From an uncultured delta proteobacterium (GTDB lineage: Bacteria; Myxococcota_A; Polyangia; Fen-1088): a DNA stretch of 64,000 nucleotides. The stretch is from assembly GCA_963767925.1 (NCBI GenBank), contig CAVYGB010000010.1, forward strand, positions 1,696,001 through 1,760,000, written 5' to 3'. The notes beneath the pieces were generated by a model. It was not told the DNA's origin, searched no databases, and saw only the letters and a list, made by a program, of their open reading frames with translations. Both the position numbers and the translations under genes were made by a program. Shown piece by piece: positions 30,981 to 44,285 of this stretch (position 1 is its first letter; each line of letters opens with the position of its first letter).

Positions 30981-33079
30981 GGCGGCGGGCAGGGGGTGGC
31001 GGGGGGGTGGGGGATGGCTTCCAGGAGGAGGTGGCGGTCGAAGCGGATCGGGAGATCGGCGGTGGGGCCCTCGATGGGGCCCAGGGGGTTGCCGGCGACG
31101 TAGTCGGTGAGGCAGTAGGTGCGGGGTTCGAGGCCGCGGAGCTGGACCTTGCCGGCGAAGTGGCGGGCGTAAAAGGCGTAATACAGGCGGCCGTCCTTGC
31201 GGATGGCGTGGGTCTCGGGGCGATCGTAGCCGATGTCGTAGAGGGTGCCGAGGTAGTCGCCCGAGGGCAGCAGGCGGGCGTTGTAGAGGGCGGCCCATTT
31301 GCGCCACAGCTCCTCCCGGGCGGGGGTGAGCTGGTACTTCTTCTCCGAGGGGCCGTTGCCGGGCAGGGTGAACTGGGTGCCGATCACGCCGCCCACCCCC
31401 ACGGTGGAGGCGAAGTCGACGCCCCCCTCGCTCAGCTCGACGTGGTCCCCGAAATAAGGCACCCGCGGGCCCATCAGCGCCTTCAGGGTCTTGCCCTTCG
31501 AGCGCACCTGCCAGGAGCTCTCCGGGTCCGAGGCGGCTGGCATGTTGAAAAACGGCATGCTGTGAAAGGCGTAGCCGGTCCCGCAGGGGCACAGCTCGAC
31601 CAGGGCCGCCGGCTCGTGGCTGCGGGCGGTGTCGAAGATGAGCTGGAACAGCTCGGGCAGCTTCTCGAACGAATCGTTGGGGCTGGCGTGGCCGTGGGCC
31701 GGGTTGTAACAGGGAGGCGCGCCGTTGAGGTGCTGGCCGTCGAGCTTGAGGCCGTCGTAGCCCCAGGTCCGGAGCATCTTCGTGACCAGCTCCTGGGTGT
31801 GGCGCTTGACGGGCGCGTAGGCCGGGCACAGGTAGTGCGCGTCCCACCAGGTGATCTTCTGCGGCTTGCCGTCCTTGCCCAGCAGCAGGTACTCCGGGTG
31901 CTGGCGGGCGAGATCGGTGCCGGGGTCGACGGCCAGCGGCGCCCACCACAACATGGGCCGCAGCTTGGCGGCGCGGATGCGATCGGTGAGGGCGCGCATG
32001 TCGGCGTCGCCGGCGGGGAACTTCTTCGGATCGAGGTACCAGTCCCCCTCGGCGGTCTGCCAGCCGTCGTCGATGACCGCCCACTTGAACCCCAGCTCCG
32101 CGGCCTTGCCGAGGGTGGCGACGATCTGGGCGGGGGTGAAGGTGCGGCCGTAGCCCCAGCCGCACCAGATGGGATCGGTCAGGCCAGCCACCGGCTCGGG
32201 CAGGCCGAGGCCGAGGCGGGCCATCATCGTGCGGTATTCGGCCAGGGGGGCGAAGTAGTCGCCGCGGTGGACCGCCAGGAAGGTGCGCGGGGTCTGCAGG
32301 CTGTCCCCGGGCTGCAGGACCCGGCCGACCTCACCCTCGATCGCGAGCTCGGCGCCGGCGCGATCGCGCTGGGCGACCGGCAGCGAGACGAGCTTCGGCG
32401 TGCGCTCGAGGTGGCCGACCGCGAGGCCGACGTCCCGGCGCCACACGTCGGCGACCGGGGTGCCGCCGCCGTAGTCGGTGGCGTTCATCCCCATGTAGTT
32501 GCGGCGGGAGGCGCCGGGGCGCAGCGGCAGCACCCAGTCGGGGCGGTTGGAGTAGGAGGCGCCCTGGTACGACCAGAAGGGAGGGTCGCTGCCGGGCGCG
32601 GCGGCCAGGAAGCGACGCTCGATCCACCGGTCGATCCTCAGGCCTTGCTGCGACCCCGGCCTCGGCGCGGGCTTCGCGCCCGGCCGGCGAGCGGCGGCGG
32701 GGGGCAAGACGGTGTAGCGGGTCTGGACCACCAGGACGGCGGGGAAGGCCTCGTAGGCGGTGAAGGCCAGCTCGCGGCGCAGCGTCGCCGCTTCGCCGAC
32801 CACCTCGGTGCGCACGCCGGGCCCCAGCTCGTCGACGACCGGCCGCTGGCGGCTGCTCTTGAAGGCAAAATCGGTCACCGCCTTGCCCGCGACGATCACG
32901 TGCTCCGCGGGGCGGTAGGGGCCGAGGGCCGTCTCGCCGTCGCCGAGGCGGGCCACCACCCGGCTGTGGCCGCGCTGGTCGAGCTGGACCCGGACCTGGC
33001 GCCCGTCGATCTGGGCGGCGGGCGGGGGCTCGGGACGGCGCGCGGCCAGGAGCAGCAGCAGAACCAGGGAGGGACCCAT
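30977..33079 (-). CDS. Secreted glycoside hydrolase, GH36/alpha-galactosidase-like
   Basis: Signal peptide; WCGWGY, IDDGWQ, KFPAG, LWWAP, GLKLDG; ATG overlaps the upstream TGA. Confidence 0.85.
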   Translation of the reverse strand: MGPSLVLLLLLAARRPEPPPAAQIDGRQVRVQLDQRGHSRVVARLGDGETALGPYRPAEHVIVAGKAVTDFAFKSSRQRPVVDELGPGVRTEVVGEAATLRRELAFTAYEAFPAVLVVQTRYTVLPPAAARRPGAKPAPRPGSQQGLRIDRWIERRFLAAAPGSDPPFWSYQGASYSNRPDWVLPLRPGASRRNYMGMNATDYGGGTPVADVWRRDVGLAVGHLERTPKLVSLPVAQRDRAGAELAIEGEVGRVLQPGDSLQTPRTFLAVHRGDYFAPLAEYRTMMARLGLGLPEPVAGLTDPIWCGWGYGRTFTPAQIVATLGKAAELGFKWAVIDDGWQTAEGDWYLDPKKFPAGDADMRALTDRIRAAKLRPMLWWAPLAVDPGTDLARQHPEYLLLGKDGKPQKITWWDAHYLCPAYAPVKRHTQELVTKMLRTWGYDGLKLDGQHLNGAPPCYNPAHGHASPNDSFEKLPELFQLIFDTARSHEPAALVELCPCGTGYAFHSMPFFNMPAASDPESSWQVRSKGKTLKALMGPRVPYFGDHVELSEGGVDFASTVGVGGVIGTQFTLPGNGPSEKKYQLTPAREELWRKWAALYNARLLPSGDYLGTLYDIGYDRPETHAIRKDGRLYYAFYARHFAGKVQLRGLEPRTYCLTDYVAGNPLGPIEGPTADLPIRFDRHLLLEAIPHPPATPCPPP

Positions 33080-33774
33080 CAGGCGTCCCCCCGCGGATCG
33101 GGTGGGAGGGGGCCCTCGGGGATGCCGCCCCAGACGCTGTCGCGGGCCAGGCGGCCGTTGATCCAGAGCTGCCGCTCGACCGCGAGCCGGTGCAGATCGA
33201 GCAGCGCCTCGGCCACCGCGGGGCCCTCGAGGAGGCCGAGCGCGTGGGCGATCGCCTCCAGCGTCGACAGCCGGCCCGGGCGCGGCTCGTGGCGCAGGCG
33301 GTAGGTCGAGACCAGGCCGGGCGGCAGGCAGGCGCAGGGGACGTCGCCGAGGCCTGGCACCCGCCGCCGCGCGCGGATGGCCTGCGACCAGGTCCCGTCG
33401 GGCACGATGAGGGTCACGGGCGGACCGTCGCGCCAGGCCGTCACCGGGACCGCCTCCTCGTGGGGGAACAGCAGCACCGGCCGGGCCGCCCGGGCCAGCC
33501 AGCCGGGCACCTGCCGCACGTCCCCCTCCCCCTGGCGGTCTCCCACCTCCGGCCCGCCGACGCCGTCGCGGCGGCCGCGCATCGCCAGCTCGCTGTTCGG
33601 CAGGCAGCGCAGGGCGAACCGCCCGGTGTTGGTCGGCTTGCGCGCCTCGAGCTGGTGCAACAGCAACACGAGCCTCGTCCGCGTCGCCAGCGTGACGAAC
33701 CAATCGCAGATGCAGACACTCCGATGCAGGCGACACCCGTCGCAGCGACGGGCCTCCCGATTTGCCCGGGCCAC
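33079..33774 (-). CDS. DTW-domain tRNA-uridine aminocarboxypropyltransferase
   Basis: C..C.....CIC, KPTNTG, LLFP, PDGTWSQA, STLEAIA. Confidence 0.88.
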   Translation of the reverse strand: MARANREARRCDGCRLHRSVCICDWFVTLATRTRLVLLLHQLEARKPTNTGRFALRCLPNSELAMRGRRDGVGGPEVGDRQGEGDVRQVPGWLARAARPVLLFPHEEAVPVTAWRDGPPVTLIVPDGTWSQAIRARRRVPGLGDVPCACLPPGLVSTYRLRHEPRPGRLSTLEAIAHALGLLEGPAVAEALLDLHRLAVERQLWINGRLARDSVWGGIPEGPLPPDPRGDA

Positions 33775-33942
33775 GGCGGCAGTCTACCCGATGAAGACGG
33801 GGGTCGATGCCCGGAGTGCCCCCTCCCGCCCCGGACAGCGACGCCCGAGCCGGTGGAGCTCGCCGGGGCGGCAGAGACGCAAAGGTCCTACAAAGTTATT
33901 TTCACAGCGTCAAAAAGGAACTATGCTTCCTTCATCCTCGCG

Positions 33943-34197
33943 ATGGGCCAGCGCCGCAGCTTCACCGCTCTGTTCCGCGGGTTCTCCCGCCAGGGCGCTG
34001 CTGCGGGCAGCGGGGTTGGCGCCCGCCCGGTGGACCCGATGCGCGACGATCCCTCCGCCGATTCGACCCGCGTCCATCCCCTCCGCCTGCCCTGCCGGAC
34101 CTGTCGCCGCGGCTCGATCTGGATGCTCGAGCCGGAGCGCTGGAAGCGCGCCCGGCGCGTCCCCTGCCCCGCCTGCGCGGGTACCGGCTACATCTGA
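33943..34197 (+). CDS. Small protein with C-terminal CxxC...CxxCxGxG zinc-ribbon motif
   Basis: CRTCRRG...CPACAGTG; fills the gap between 33774 and 34198. Confidence 0.5.
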   Translation: MGQRRSFTALFRGFSRQGAAAGSGVGARPVDPMRDDPSADSTRVHPLRLPCRTCRRGSIWMLEPERWKRARRVPCPACAGTGYI

Positions 34198-35565
34198 TCA
34201 GTGGCGACGACCCCAGAGGTCGTCGTTCGCCGCCACCGAGGTAGCCGGCCGGTTGCGGCGGACCTTGGCCCGGCGGCCGGAGCGGGTGGCCTTGGCCGCC
34301 CCGGTGGTGGGCGCCGCCGGGGTGGCGGTGACCGTCGAGGTGGCCGGCGGCGCAACCGCCCGGGTGAGCGGCGTCAGCTTGATCAGCCGCTGCGCGGCCC
34401 GCGCGCTGGGAAAGCCGCCCGGATCGGCGGGCGCGCCGATGATCCTGGCCGCCGCCCGATCGGCCTGGCGCGCGCTCCGGGAGGTTGTCGGATCGACGAA
34501 CGGGAGCATGGTGACCGCCACCATGGCGGCACCGCCCGCCAGCATGAGCAGCTTCTTGCCGCCGCGGGTCCGGCGGTAGATGCGCAAGGTGGGCTCGCCG
34601 CTCTTGCGGGGCGGGCTGGCGACGACGATCTCGCCCGAGACGCTGTCCACCGGCGGCGGCGCCCACACGCAGGCCAGGGCGCACTGGCGCACGGCCTCTT
34701 GCATCTGGACGGCGTCGGCGAAGCGATTGGCCCGCTCGAAGGCCAGCGCCCGTTCCAGCAGCGCGGCCAGGTCGGGGTCGACCCCGACCTGGAACGTGGC
34801 GAAGGCGGGGACCGGCTTGGTGCCGGCGTCCACCAGCCGCTCGATCAGGCTGGGGGCGTCGTGCACGGGCCGTCCGGTCAACATGCGGTGGAGCGTGGCC
34901 CCCACCGCCCAGAGGTCGGTGCGGGCATCCATCTTCTCGACCTGGCCCAGCGCCTGCTCGGGCGCCATGAACCCGGGGGTGCCGAACAGGTCGTGGCTGC
35001 TGGCGCCGCGCCCGGCGGGGAAGATGCCGGTCACGCCGAAGTCGAGCAGCTTGACCTCGCCGCTGCGGGTGACGAACACGTTCTCCGGCTTGACGTCGCC
35101 GTGGAGGATCCCCGCCTGGTGGGCGGCGACCAGCACATCGAGGATGCCGTGGGTGATGGTCAGCGCCTCGGCGGGCGGAAGCGTCCCTTCCAGCCGGGCC
35201 AGGCGAGCGTGCAGGCCCTCGCCGTCGAGCAGCTCCATGATCAGGAAGACGGCGCCGTCTTCGGTGCGGCCGTCGTCGTAGATCCGCACCGCGCCCGGGT
35301 GGTCGATGGCGTTGGCCACGCAGGCCTCCTGCTCGAGGCGCGCCGCCAGGGTCCGGTCGGAGCAATGGCGGGCGTGTAGCACCTTGATCGCCACCCGGTG
35401 TCCGTTGCGGTGGGTGGCGGCGTAAACCGCCCCCATCCCGCCGACGCCGAGGACGGCGTCGAGCCGCCACTTCTTCTCGAGGACGCTGCCGATCCGGGCG
35501 CTCACCACCGACTCGATGTCCTCGAGATCGCCGCTGCTGTGCCGTGCTATTGCCATCGCCGTCAT
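34198..35565 (-). CDS. Ser/Thr protein kinase (non-RD) with TM segment
   Basis: GVGGMGAVY, VAIKVL, HGDVKPEN, DFG, GTPGFMAPE, DLWAVG; RBS AAGGAG. Confidence 0.9.
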   Translation of the reverse strand: MTAMAIARHSSGDLEDIESVVSARIGSVLEKKWRLDAVLGVGGMGAVYAATHRNGHRVAIKVLHARHCSDRTLAARLEQEACVANAIDHPGAVRIYDDGRTEDGAVFLIMELLDGEGLHARLARLEGTLPPAEALTITHGILDVLVAAHQAGILHGDVKPENVFVTRSGEVKLLDFGVTGIFPAGRGASSHDLFGTPGFMAPEQALGQVEKMDARTDLWAVGATLHRMLTGRPVHDAPSLIERLVDAGTKPVPAFATFQVGVDPDLAALLERALAFERANRFADAVQMQEAVRQCALACVWAPPPVDSVSGEIVVASPPRKSGEPTLRIYRRTRGGKKLLMLAGGAAMVAVTMLPFVDPTTSRSARQADRAAARIIGAPADPGGFPSARAAQRLIKLTPLTRAVAPPATSTVTATPAAPTTGAAKATRSGRRAKVRRNRPATSVAANDDLWGRRH

Positions 35566-35618
35566 GGTGTCTCTCCTTGCCTTCGCATTGCCGGGCTTCG
35601 CCACGCTCGCGCTTCCGG

Positions 35619-37025
35619 TCAGGGGCTGGGCGACCCTTCGATCGCCGTCGCCGTGAATCGCCCGTCCGCCGACGTCACCCCCCAGAGCTGTATCGATCCC
35701 GCCGGCGACCGCACGCCGGCGTCGTAGTCGAGGGTTCCCGAGGCGCCGCGCACGTCGACGCTCCGGCCAGCCCGGAAGGCGGCCAGGGCCGCTTGCCAGG
35801 ACGCGGGCACCATCGGCGTCGCCGCCCCGTTGCCCAGCCGGCGCAGGCCGCGGGCCATGCCGGGGCCCGCAACCTCGCGCTCCTGCAGGGCCGACCAGGC
35901 CGCGCCGTAGAGGGCCAGCCAGGCGGCGTCGTAGGCGTGGGCGGCGTAGCGCGCCTCGGTCGGATCCTCGCCGCCGTATTCGGCGCGATAGCCGGCCACG
36001 AAGCTGGCGAAGGTGGCGTCCCCCGGGTCGAGGGGGGCCAGACGGGTGCCGCGGATGCGCGGGAACAGCGCCGTCGCGACGCCGGCCGCCTCGAGCACGG
36101 TCGGGCTGGCGGCGGCCTCGGTCAGGAAGATCGTCCGCCGGTCGTAGCCCGGCTGCAGGCTGGCCGCCTGCAGGAACTTCACGATCCAGGTCGGCTGCGA
36201 GGAGATGAACAGCACCTCGCCGTCCTGCTCGGACGGCACGGCGGCGGTGGCCCCGGCGATGCCCAGGTCGGAGGAGACCGGTGCGATCTGCACGCTGCCG
36301 CCTCCCTCCTGCAGGCGATCCGCCACCAGGCGGGCCAGGTTCTCCCCGTAAAGGCCGGACTCCCGCAGCAGGTAGGCCCGCGCGACCCCGCGGGCGAGCA
36401 TGTCCTCGGCGATGGCCCGGGCCTGCAGCCCGTCTGCGGGGGCCGCCGTCCACAGCAGGCCGGGCTCGGCGTCGGAGACGTCGGGCTGGAGCTGAGCCAG
36501 GGCCTCGCTCGTCGCCGAGGGGGAGAGGATCATCGTCCCGGTCCCCTCGATGGCCGCCCACACCGCTTGCACCTCGAGCGAGCTGGCCGGCCCCAGGATG
36601 GCCGGAACCCGCAGCCGCTCGGCCAGCAGGCGCGCCCGCTCGACCGCCTGGCCGCCCTGGACGTCGCACATGACCACCCCGACCGGCCGGCCCTCGAGGC
36701 CGCCGCGGGCGTTGGCCTCCTGGAAGGCGAGCCGGATGGCCCGCTCCCGGATGACCTGGGTGGGGCTCGACCGGTCGGTCAGGCTGGCCAGCACGACCGA
36801 GTCGCGGTAGCGGACCGGATCGCCGAGCAGGTCGTCGGGGAACGATCGATCGCAGCCGGCCAGGGGGGCGGGTCCGCAGAAGCCCCCCTCCTGGCAGATG
36901 GCCCCGAACCCGAAGCTCGCCCTGCACTGACTGTCGGCCGTGCAGGGATCATGCTCGAACCGGGTGGCCGAGCAGCCGGCCGCCACCAGCAGGGTAGCGG
37001 CCAGGAGGTCAGAACGTCCCGACAA
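35619..37025 (-). CDS. LivK-type periplasmic ligand-binding lipoprotein with Cys-rich N-terminus
   Basis: AAGC lipobox; ANARGGLEGRPV, ILGPASS, LSPSATS, AYDAA, GASG. Confidence 0.82.
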   Translation of the reverse strand: MSGRSDLLAATLLVAAGCSATRFEHDPCTADSQCRASFGFGAICQEGGFCGPAPLAGCDRSFPDDLLGDPVRYRDSVVLASLTDRSSPTQVIRERAIRLAFQEANARGGLEGRPVGVVMCDVQGGQAVERARLLAERLRVPAILGPASSLEVQAVWAAIEGTGTMILSPSATSEALAQLQPDVSDAEPGLLWTAAPADGLQARAIAEDMLARGVARAYLLRESGLYGENLARLVADRLQEGGGSVQIAPVSSDLGIAGATAAVPSEQDGEVLFISSQPTWIVKFLQAASLQPGYDRRTIFLTEAAASPTVLEAAGVATALFPRIRGTRLAPLDPGDATFASFVAGYRAEYGGEDPTEARYAAHAYDAAWLALYGAAWSALQEREVAGPGMARGLRRLGNGAATPMVPASWQAALAAFRAGRSVDVRGASGTLDYDAGVRSPAGSIQLWGVTSADGRFTATAIEGSPSP

Positions 37026-38145
37026 CCTGCACCTCTCCGCCCCCCCGACGGGGGCCGGCGAGCAACCGGGGGCCCGTGCCTTCGGCAGCGGTCCGCGGTC
37101 GGGCCAGATAGTAGGTGGCGGTTCCGGCCGCCGCCACGCCGGCGATCAGGCCCAGGTCGGCCAGCAGCGAACGCCGCCGGTCCTGCTCGATCGACGCCTC
37201 GGCGCTGGACCAGCAACGGGTGAGCCCCGCCAGCCGCGGGCAAGCGGTCCCGGCGTCGCGGCGGGCGGAGAGGGCCTGCAGCCCGAACACGGTGGCGGCC
37301 CCGGCCCCGGCCACGCCGACGCCGGCGAGGATCCATTCGCGGCGGGTCGCCCGTCCCAGCACCGATTCGACGGCGCCCCCGAACAGCGAGAGCTTGCCGG
37401 GCGAGGCGGCGGGCGCCGAGACCAGCGATTGGCCAGGAGACGGCGCCGGCAGCGCGGCGACCGCCTTCCCCGAGGGCCGCGCGCCGACGGTCGGGGGCGG
37501 GGCGACGGCGGGGGTGGTGGGATCCAGGGAGGGTCCCGGTTCGACCTCCAGCACGCGGGACTCCCCCTCGGACAGGATCATGTCGATCCGGCTCGGCCAG
37601 TGATCGGGGGTGGACACGATCACCACGTGGTGCCCCGGATCCACCGGGAAGGGCAGGCCGAAGCTGGCCTCACCCAGCACGACGCCGTCCCGCTCGACCC
37701 GGGTCGCGGCTGGCGCGCCGGGGGTCAACGACACCTGGATGCGGGGAACGATCTTCTCGAGCCGGCCGGCCCGGGCCAGCGCTTGCCGGCGGCGCCGGTC
37801 GCGGGCCGACATCTGATCGGCGGCCTGACGCCAGTGTTGCCAGGCGCTCGCGGTGCGGCCCAGCGCCTCCTCGCACTCGGCGAGGTTGGCCAGGGTGCCG
37901 ACGGCGGGGTCGAGGCGCAGGCTCTCGGCGAACTTGCCCCGGGCCGAGAAGATGTCGCCCTCCTTCAGCAGCCGGCGGCCCTCCTGAAACAGCGTCTCCG
38001 CCGCGACCGGATCGCTGGCGGGGGCGACCACGTCCTGATCAGCCTGTACGCAATCGGGCCACAGCAGGAGTCCGCAGCAAAGGCTGGCAAAGACCCCGAC
38101 GCAAACACGGGACCGGGCGGCGAATGATTTCCTTCTCGACTTCAT
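37009..38145 (-). CDS. Exported TPR + PEGA-like protein
   Basis: Signal peptide; AETLFQEGR..L, SLRLDPAVGTLANLAECEE; VDPGHHVV. Confidence 0.75.
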   Translation of the reverse strand: MKSRRKSFAARSRVCVGVFASLCCGLLLWPDCVQADQDVVAPASDPVAAETLFQEGRRLLKEGDIFSARGKFAESLRLDPAVGTLANLAECEEALGRTASAWQHWRQAADQMSARDRRRRQALARAGRLEKIVPRIQVSLTPGAPAATRVERDGVVLGEASFGLPFPVDPGHHVVIVSTPDHWPSRIDMILSEGESRVLEVEPGPSLDPTTPAVAPPPTVGARPSGKAVAALPAPSPGQSLVSAPAASPGKLSLFGGAVESVLGRATRREWILAGVGVAGAGAATVFGLQALSARRDAGTACPRLAGLTRCWSSAEASIEQDRRRSLLADLGLIAGVAAAGTATYYLARPRTAAEGTGPRLLAGPRRGGGEVQVVGTF

Positions 38146-39115
38146 GTTCTCACGTCAAATCGGTTCTGAAACTTACGCGGACAGAGCTATGCCCATCTCG
38201 AAACAAAATTGAAACAACCGAGCGGGCCTCCTGCTTACTTCTCGAACGTCACTTCGGCCGTCGCGTCGCGGTCATCTCTTTGTTGTCGCCCTCGAGCGCT
38301 CCTCACACCGTTTTTTCGGCGCGGATTGCTTCGACGACCACAGCCGGACCACGTCGATACACCCAACCCTGCTGCGCGCTTAAGACTTAGGAGTGGCGCA
38401 AGCAGAACAACCGGAATGAAACAGGGACCCTCGAATCAACCAACGCGGCAAACGAGGACAGGGGCTCCGACCTCGTCCGGGCGCCGTCGAGGACGGCAGC
38501 GACGGATGTGACCTCTGCACCTGGTTTGATCGCGTGGAGTAGTAGCAGGCACCAAATCGCCCACGCGGGATTCTTTGTCAAGCTCGCATCCGCCGCGACC
38601 CGGCTGTTTACAGCCGCACCCTGATCGAATGCAGGCCACCGTCGGTGGCGACCGCGTGATCGGGGCGCCGTCGCGCCCGTTTTTGGCGACGAATCTCCTC
38701 GTGCGCGCTCCGAGAGCCGGGAGATCCGGAATTCGAATCTGAAAATTTCTCAAACTCGCGGGCCACGATCGCACGGGAGCGGTGGCGATCGATCCACGGA
38801 GACGCGCGGAGACGATCGAAACGGCGGAGGAGACGAGGGCGAGGGCAGGCGCGAGACATCGATCGAAAGAAGAAAAAAAGATGATGAAGAGGAGAGCGTC
38901 CGGAGCGAGCGTCAGCCGCGCGCGCCCGACCTCGACTCGCCCCCTTTGCAGCCCGCCGCTGGATCTGGCACCTGCCGATCGGCGTCGAAAAAGGTGACAG
39001 AACGGACGGCGCTTCACGGTGCATCCAGGGCTCGCGACAAGCCCGGGCGGCGGCGCGCGCGGTCCGAGCGAAATCCCGATCGCTGCAAAACGACTGAGGT
39101 TTTCCCGCCCGCGGA

Positions 39116-39171
39116 CGCTGATGGCAAGTCTGATGAGCAAGTCTGATGAGACGTCTGATGAGACGTCTGAT
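39116..39171 (+). repeat. Short tandem repeat with GTCTGATGAG core, 12-13 bp period
   Basis: GTCTGATGAG at 39128, 39141, 39153; partial copies at 39165 and ~39117. Confidence 0.75.
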
Positions 39172-39308
39172 CCCGAACGACAGGATTCGTTCCGCTACGC
39201 GCGGTGGGTATTACAACATCGATGTAGGTCGATCTGGTAGCGTGAGGGATTGGGTCCGTAGGTGCGACCGCCTCCGTAGGGCCACTTGAGCCCGGGACCT
39301 GCCGTGGG

Positions 39309-42173
<2,865 letters not shown>

Positions 42174-42282
42174 ACGGGCACTGCCCCTGGTCGAGCGGAC
42201 GCCGTCGGCGTCGGCTCCCGGGGTGACGAGCGCGGGGGCGGGGGGTCTGGCCCGGAGCGAAGGGCGGCGGCCACGCCGGAGG

Positions 42283-42341
42283 CCCCTCACCCGGCGCGCG
42301 GACGCGCCGACCCCTCACCCGGCAGACCGCGGGGAGAGGTG
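42283..42341 (+). repeat. REP-like repeat variant
   Basis: CCCCTCACCCGGCGCG..CGCGCCG..GCAGACCGCGGGGAGAGG; shares GGCAGACCGCGGGGAGAGG with the 22377 copy. Confidence 0.65.
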
Positions 42342-42558
42342 ATGGATCAGGCGCCCGGCGGACGAGGGGATGCCTCGGGCGGCCCGGGGAGGTGACCACG
42401 CTGCGGTTGACCGGGCCGCGGCGCTGCTTGCGGCCGAGGTGGCTGGGTGGCCGGGTGGGTGGGGTGGGTGTCAGGTGGGTGTGGAGAGGCTTTATTCGTA
42501 GGGGGCGGAGAGCGGGGGGCGCTTGGGGGCGGGGAAATGGTGATATTCTGGTGGGGCC

Positions 42559-43879
42559 ATGGCACCTGTCAGCTCTGCGCTTCTGGGTAAGATCAACGAG
42601 CGTTCGGCGACCGTTGCGGTCGTGGGCGCTGGCTATGTCGGCCTGCCGCTGGCCGTCGAGACGGCGGGGGCGGGTTACGTCACCGTCGCCTTCGACAAGA
42701 TGGCGGGCAAGGTCGACTCCATCAACGCGGGGAAGTCGTACATCGACGACGTCCCGACCTCCTTGCTCGAGCCGCTGGTGCGGGGAAAGAAGCTCTCGGC
42801 TTCGACCGACCCCGACGTGCTGGAGAAGGCGGACGCCATCATCATCTGCGTCCCCACGCCCCTCAACAAGACGAAGGACCCGGACAACTCCTACATCCTC
42901 GACGCCGCCGACCTGCTGGTGTCGCGCATGCGCTCGCAGCAGCTCGTGCGTGCTGGAGAGCACGACCTTCCCCGGGTTCACCCGCGAGGTGCTGCTGCCC
43001 CGCCTGGCCACCTCCCGCCTGCAGCTCGACCAGGACTTCTTCGTGGCCTTCTCCCCGGAGCGGGTCGACCCGGGCAACCCCAAGTACCACACGAAGAACA
43101 CCCCCAAGGTGATCGGCGGGGCGGGGCCGAGCAGCCTCGAGCACGCGGTGGCCCTCTACAGCAAGTTCATCGAGCGGGTCATCCCGGTCTCCTCGACCGA
43201 TACGGCCGAGATGGTCAAGCTGCTCGAGAACACCTTCCGGGCGGTCAACATCGGCCTGGTCAACGAGGTGGCCATCATGTGCGGGCGCCTGGGGCTCGAC
43301 ACCTGGGAGGTCATCGAGGCCGCCGCCACCAAGCCCTTCGGCTTCATGCCGTTTTACCCGGGTCCGGGGCTCGGCGGGCATTGCATCCCCATCGATCCGC
43401 TCTACCTTTCCTGGAAGCTCAAGACCCTCAAGTACAACGCCCGCTTCATCGCCCTGGCCGACGAGATCAACTCGGGCATGCCCGAGCTGGTGGTGGTCAA
43501 GGTGTCCGACGCCCTCAACGAACGGGGCCGGTCGGTCAAGGGCTCCAAGGTCCTCGTGGTTGGCGTCACGTACAAGAAGGACATCGACGACGTGCGGGAG
43601 TCCCCTGCCCTCGACATCATCAAGCTGCTCGAGACCCGGGGGGCCCGGGTCGCCTACCACGACAAACATGTCTCCCCGGGGGCCATGAAACACGAGGGGC
43701 TCGACACCCCCTCGGCCACCCTCGACGGGATCGAGGACTTCGACTGCGTGGTGATCGCCACCAACCACAGCCACCTCGACTACGAGAACCTGACCAAGCG
43801 GGCGACGCTGGTGGTGGACACGCGCAACGCCACCAAGGACCTGCGCCGGAGCTACCCGGACAAGGTCGTTTGTCTGTAG
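42559..43879 (+). CDS. UDP-N-acetylhexosamine 6-dehydrogenase (WbpA/WecC family; frameshift ~42950)
   Basis: GAGYVGLP, CVPTP, ESTTFPG, SPERVDPGN, KLLENTFRAVNI, GGHCIPIDP, YKKDIDDVRESP. Confidence 0.9.
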
Positions 43880-44285
43880 GCGGCGGCCACCCCGGCCAGA
43901 CCCAGGGCGGACCCGTGGTCAACGAGAAATCCTCGAAAAACGGCCGAAAAAATCGGCTCTCGGGGGCATCCTCGGTCCCCCCGAGCCGCGCGGGCGCCTC
44001 GGGGCGGCCTGTGGAAAAGCTGTGGACAGACGCGGGCGCGGGGGCACGAACAATCAGCGAGCGCGGGCTGCAGAACGGCTCGCCGGCAGGGTCGAAGTGA
44101 AGACCAAAGTGGCTATCAAGAAGGGCAGGAAGATGGCTCGATCAGCACAGACAGCGAAGTCGAAACGGAGCGCTCCGGGAAAACCTCCGAAAAAGTCCGA
44201 GAAACGGCCACCTTTTCGAGCACCGTCGGAAAAGAGATCGGGTAAAGTGGCGGACGTTTCGAACCACATTCCCAAAGGAGCGACG

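Noticed and set aside
38440..38500. GGCAAAC suggesting a c-di-GMP-I riboswitch
   Set aside because: The remaining consensus elements are missing
39116..39171. CUGAUGAG repeats as a hammerhead ribozyme or mini-CRISPR
   Set aside because: No GAAA partner strand or flanking stems; units are too short, have no spacers, and there are no cas genes
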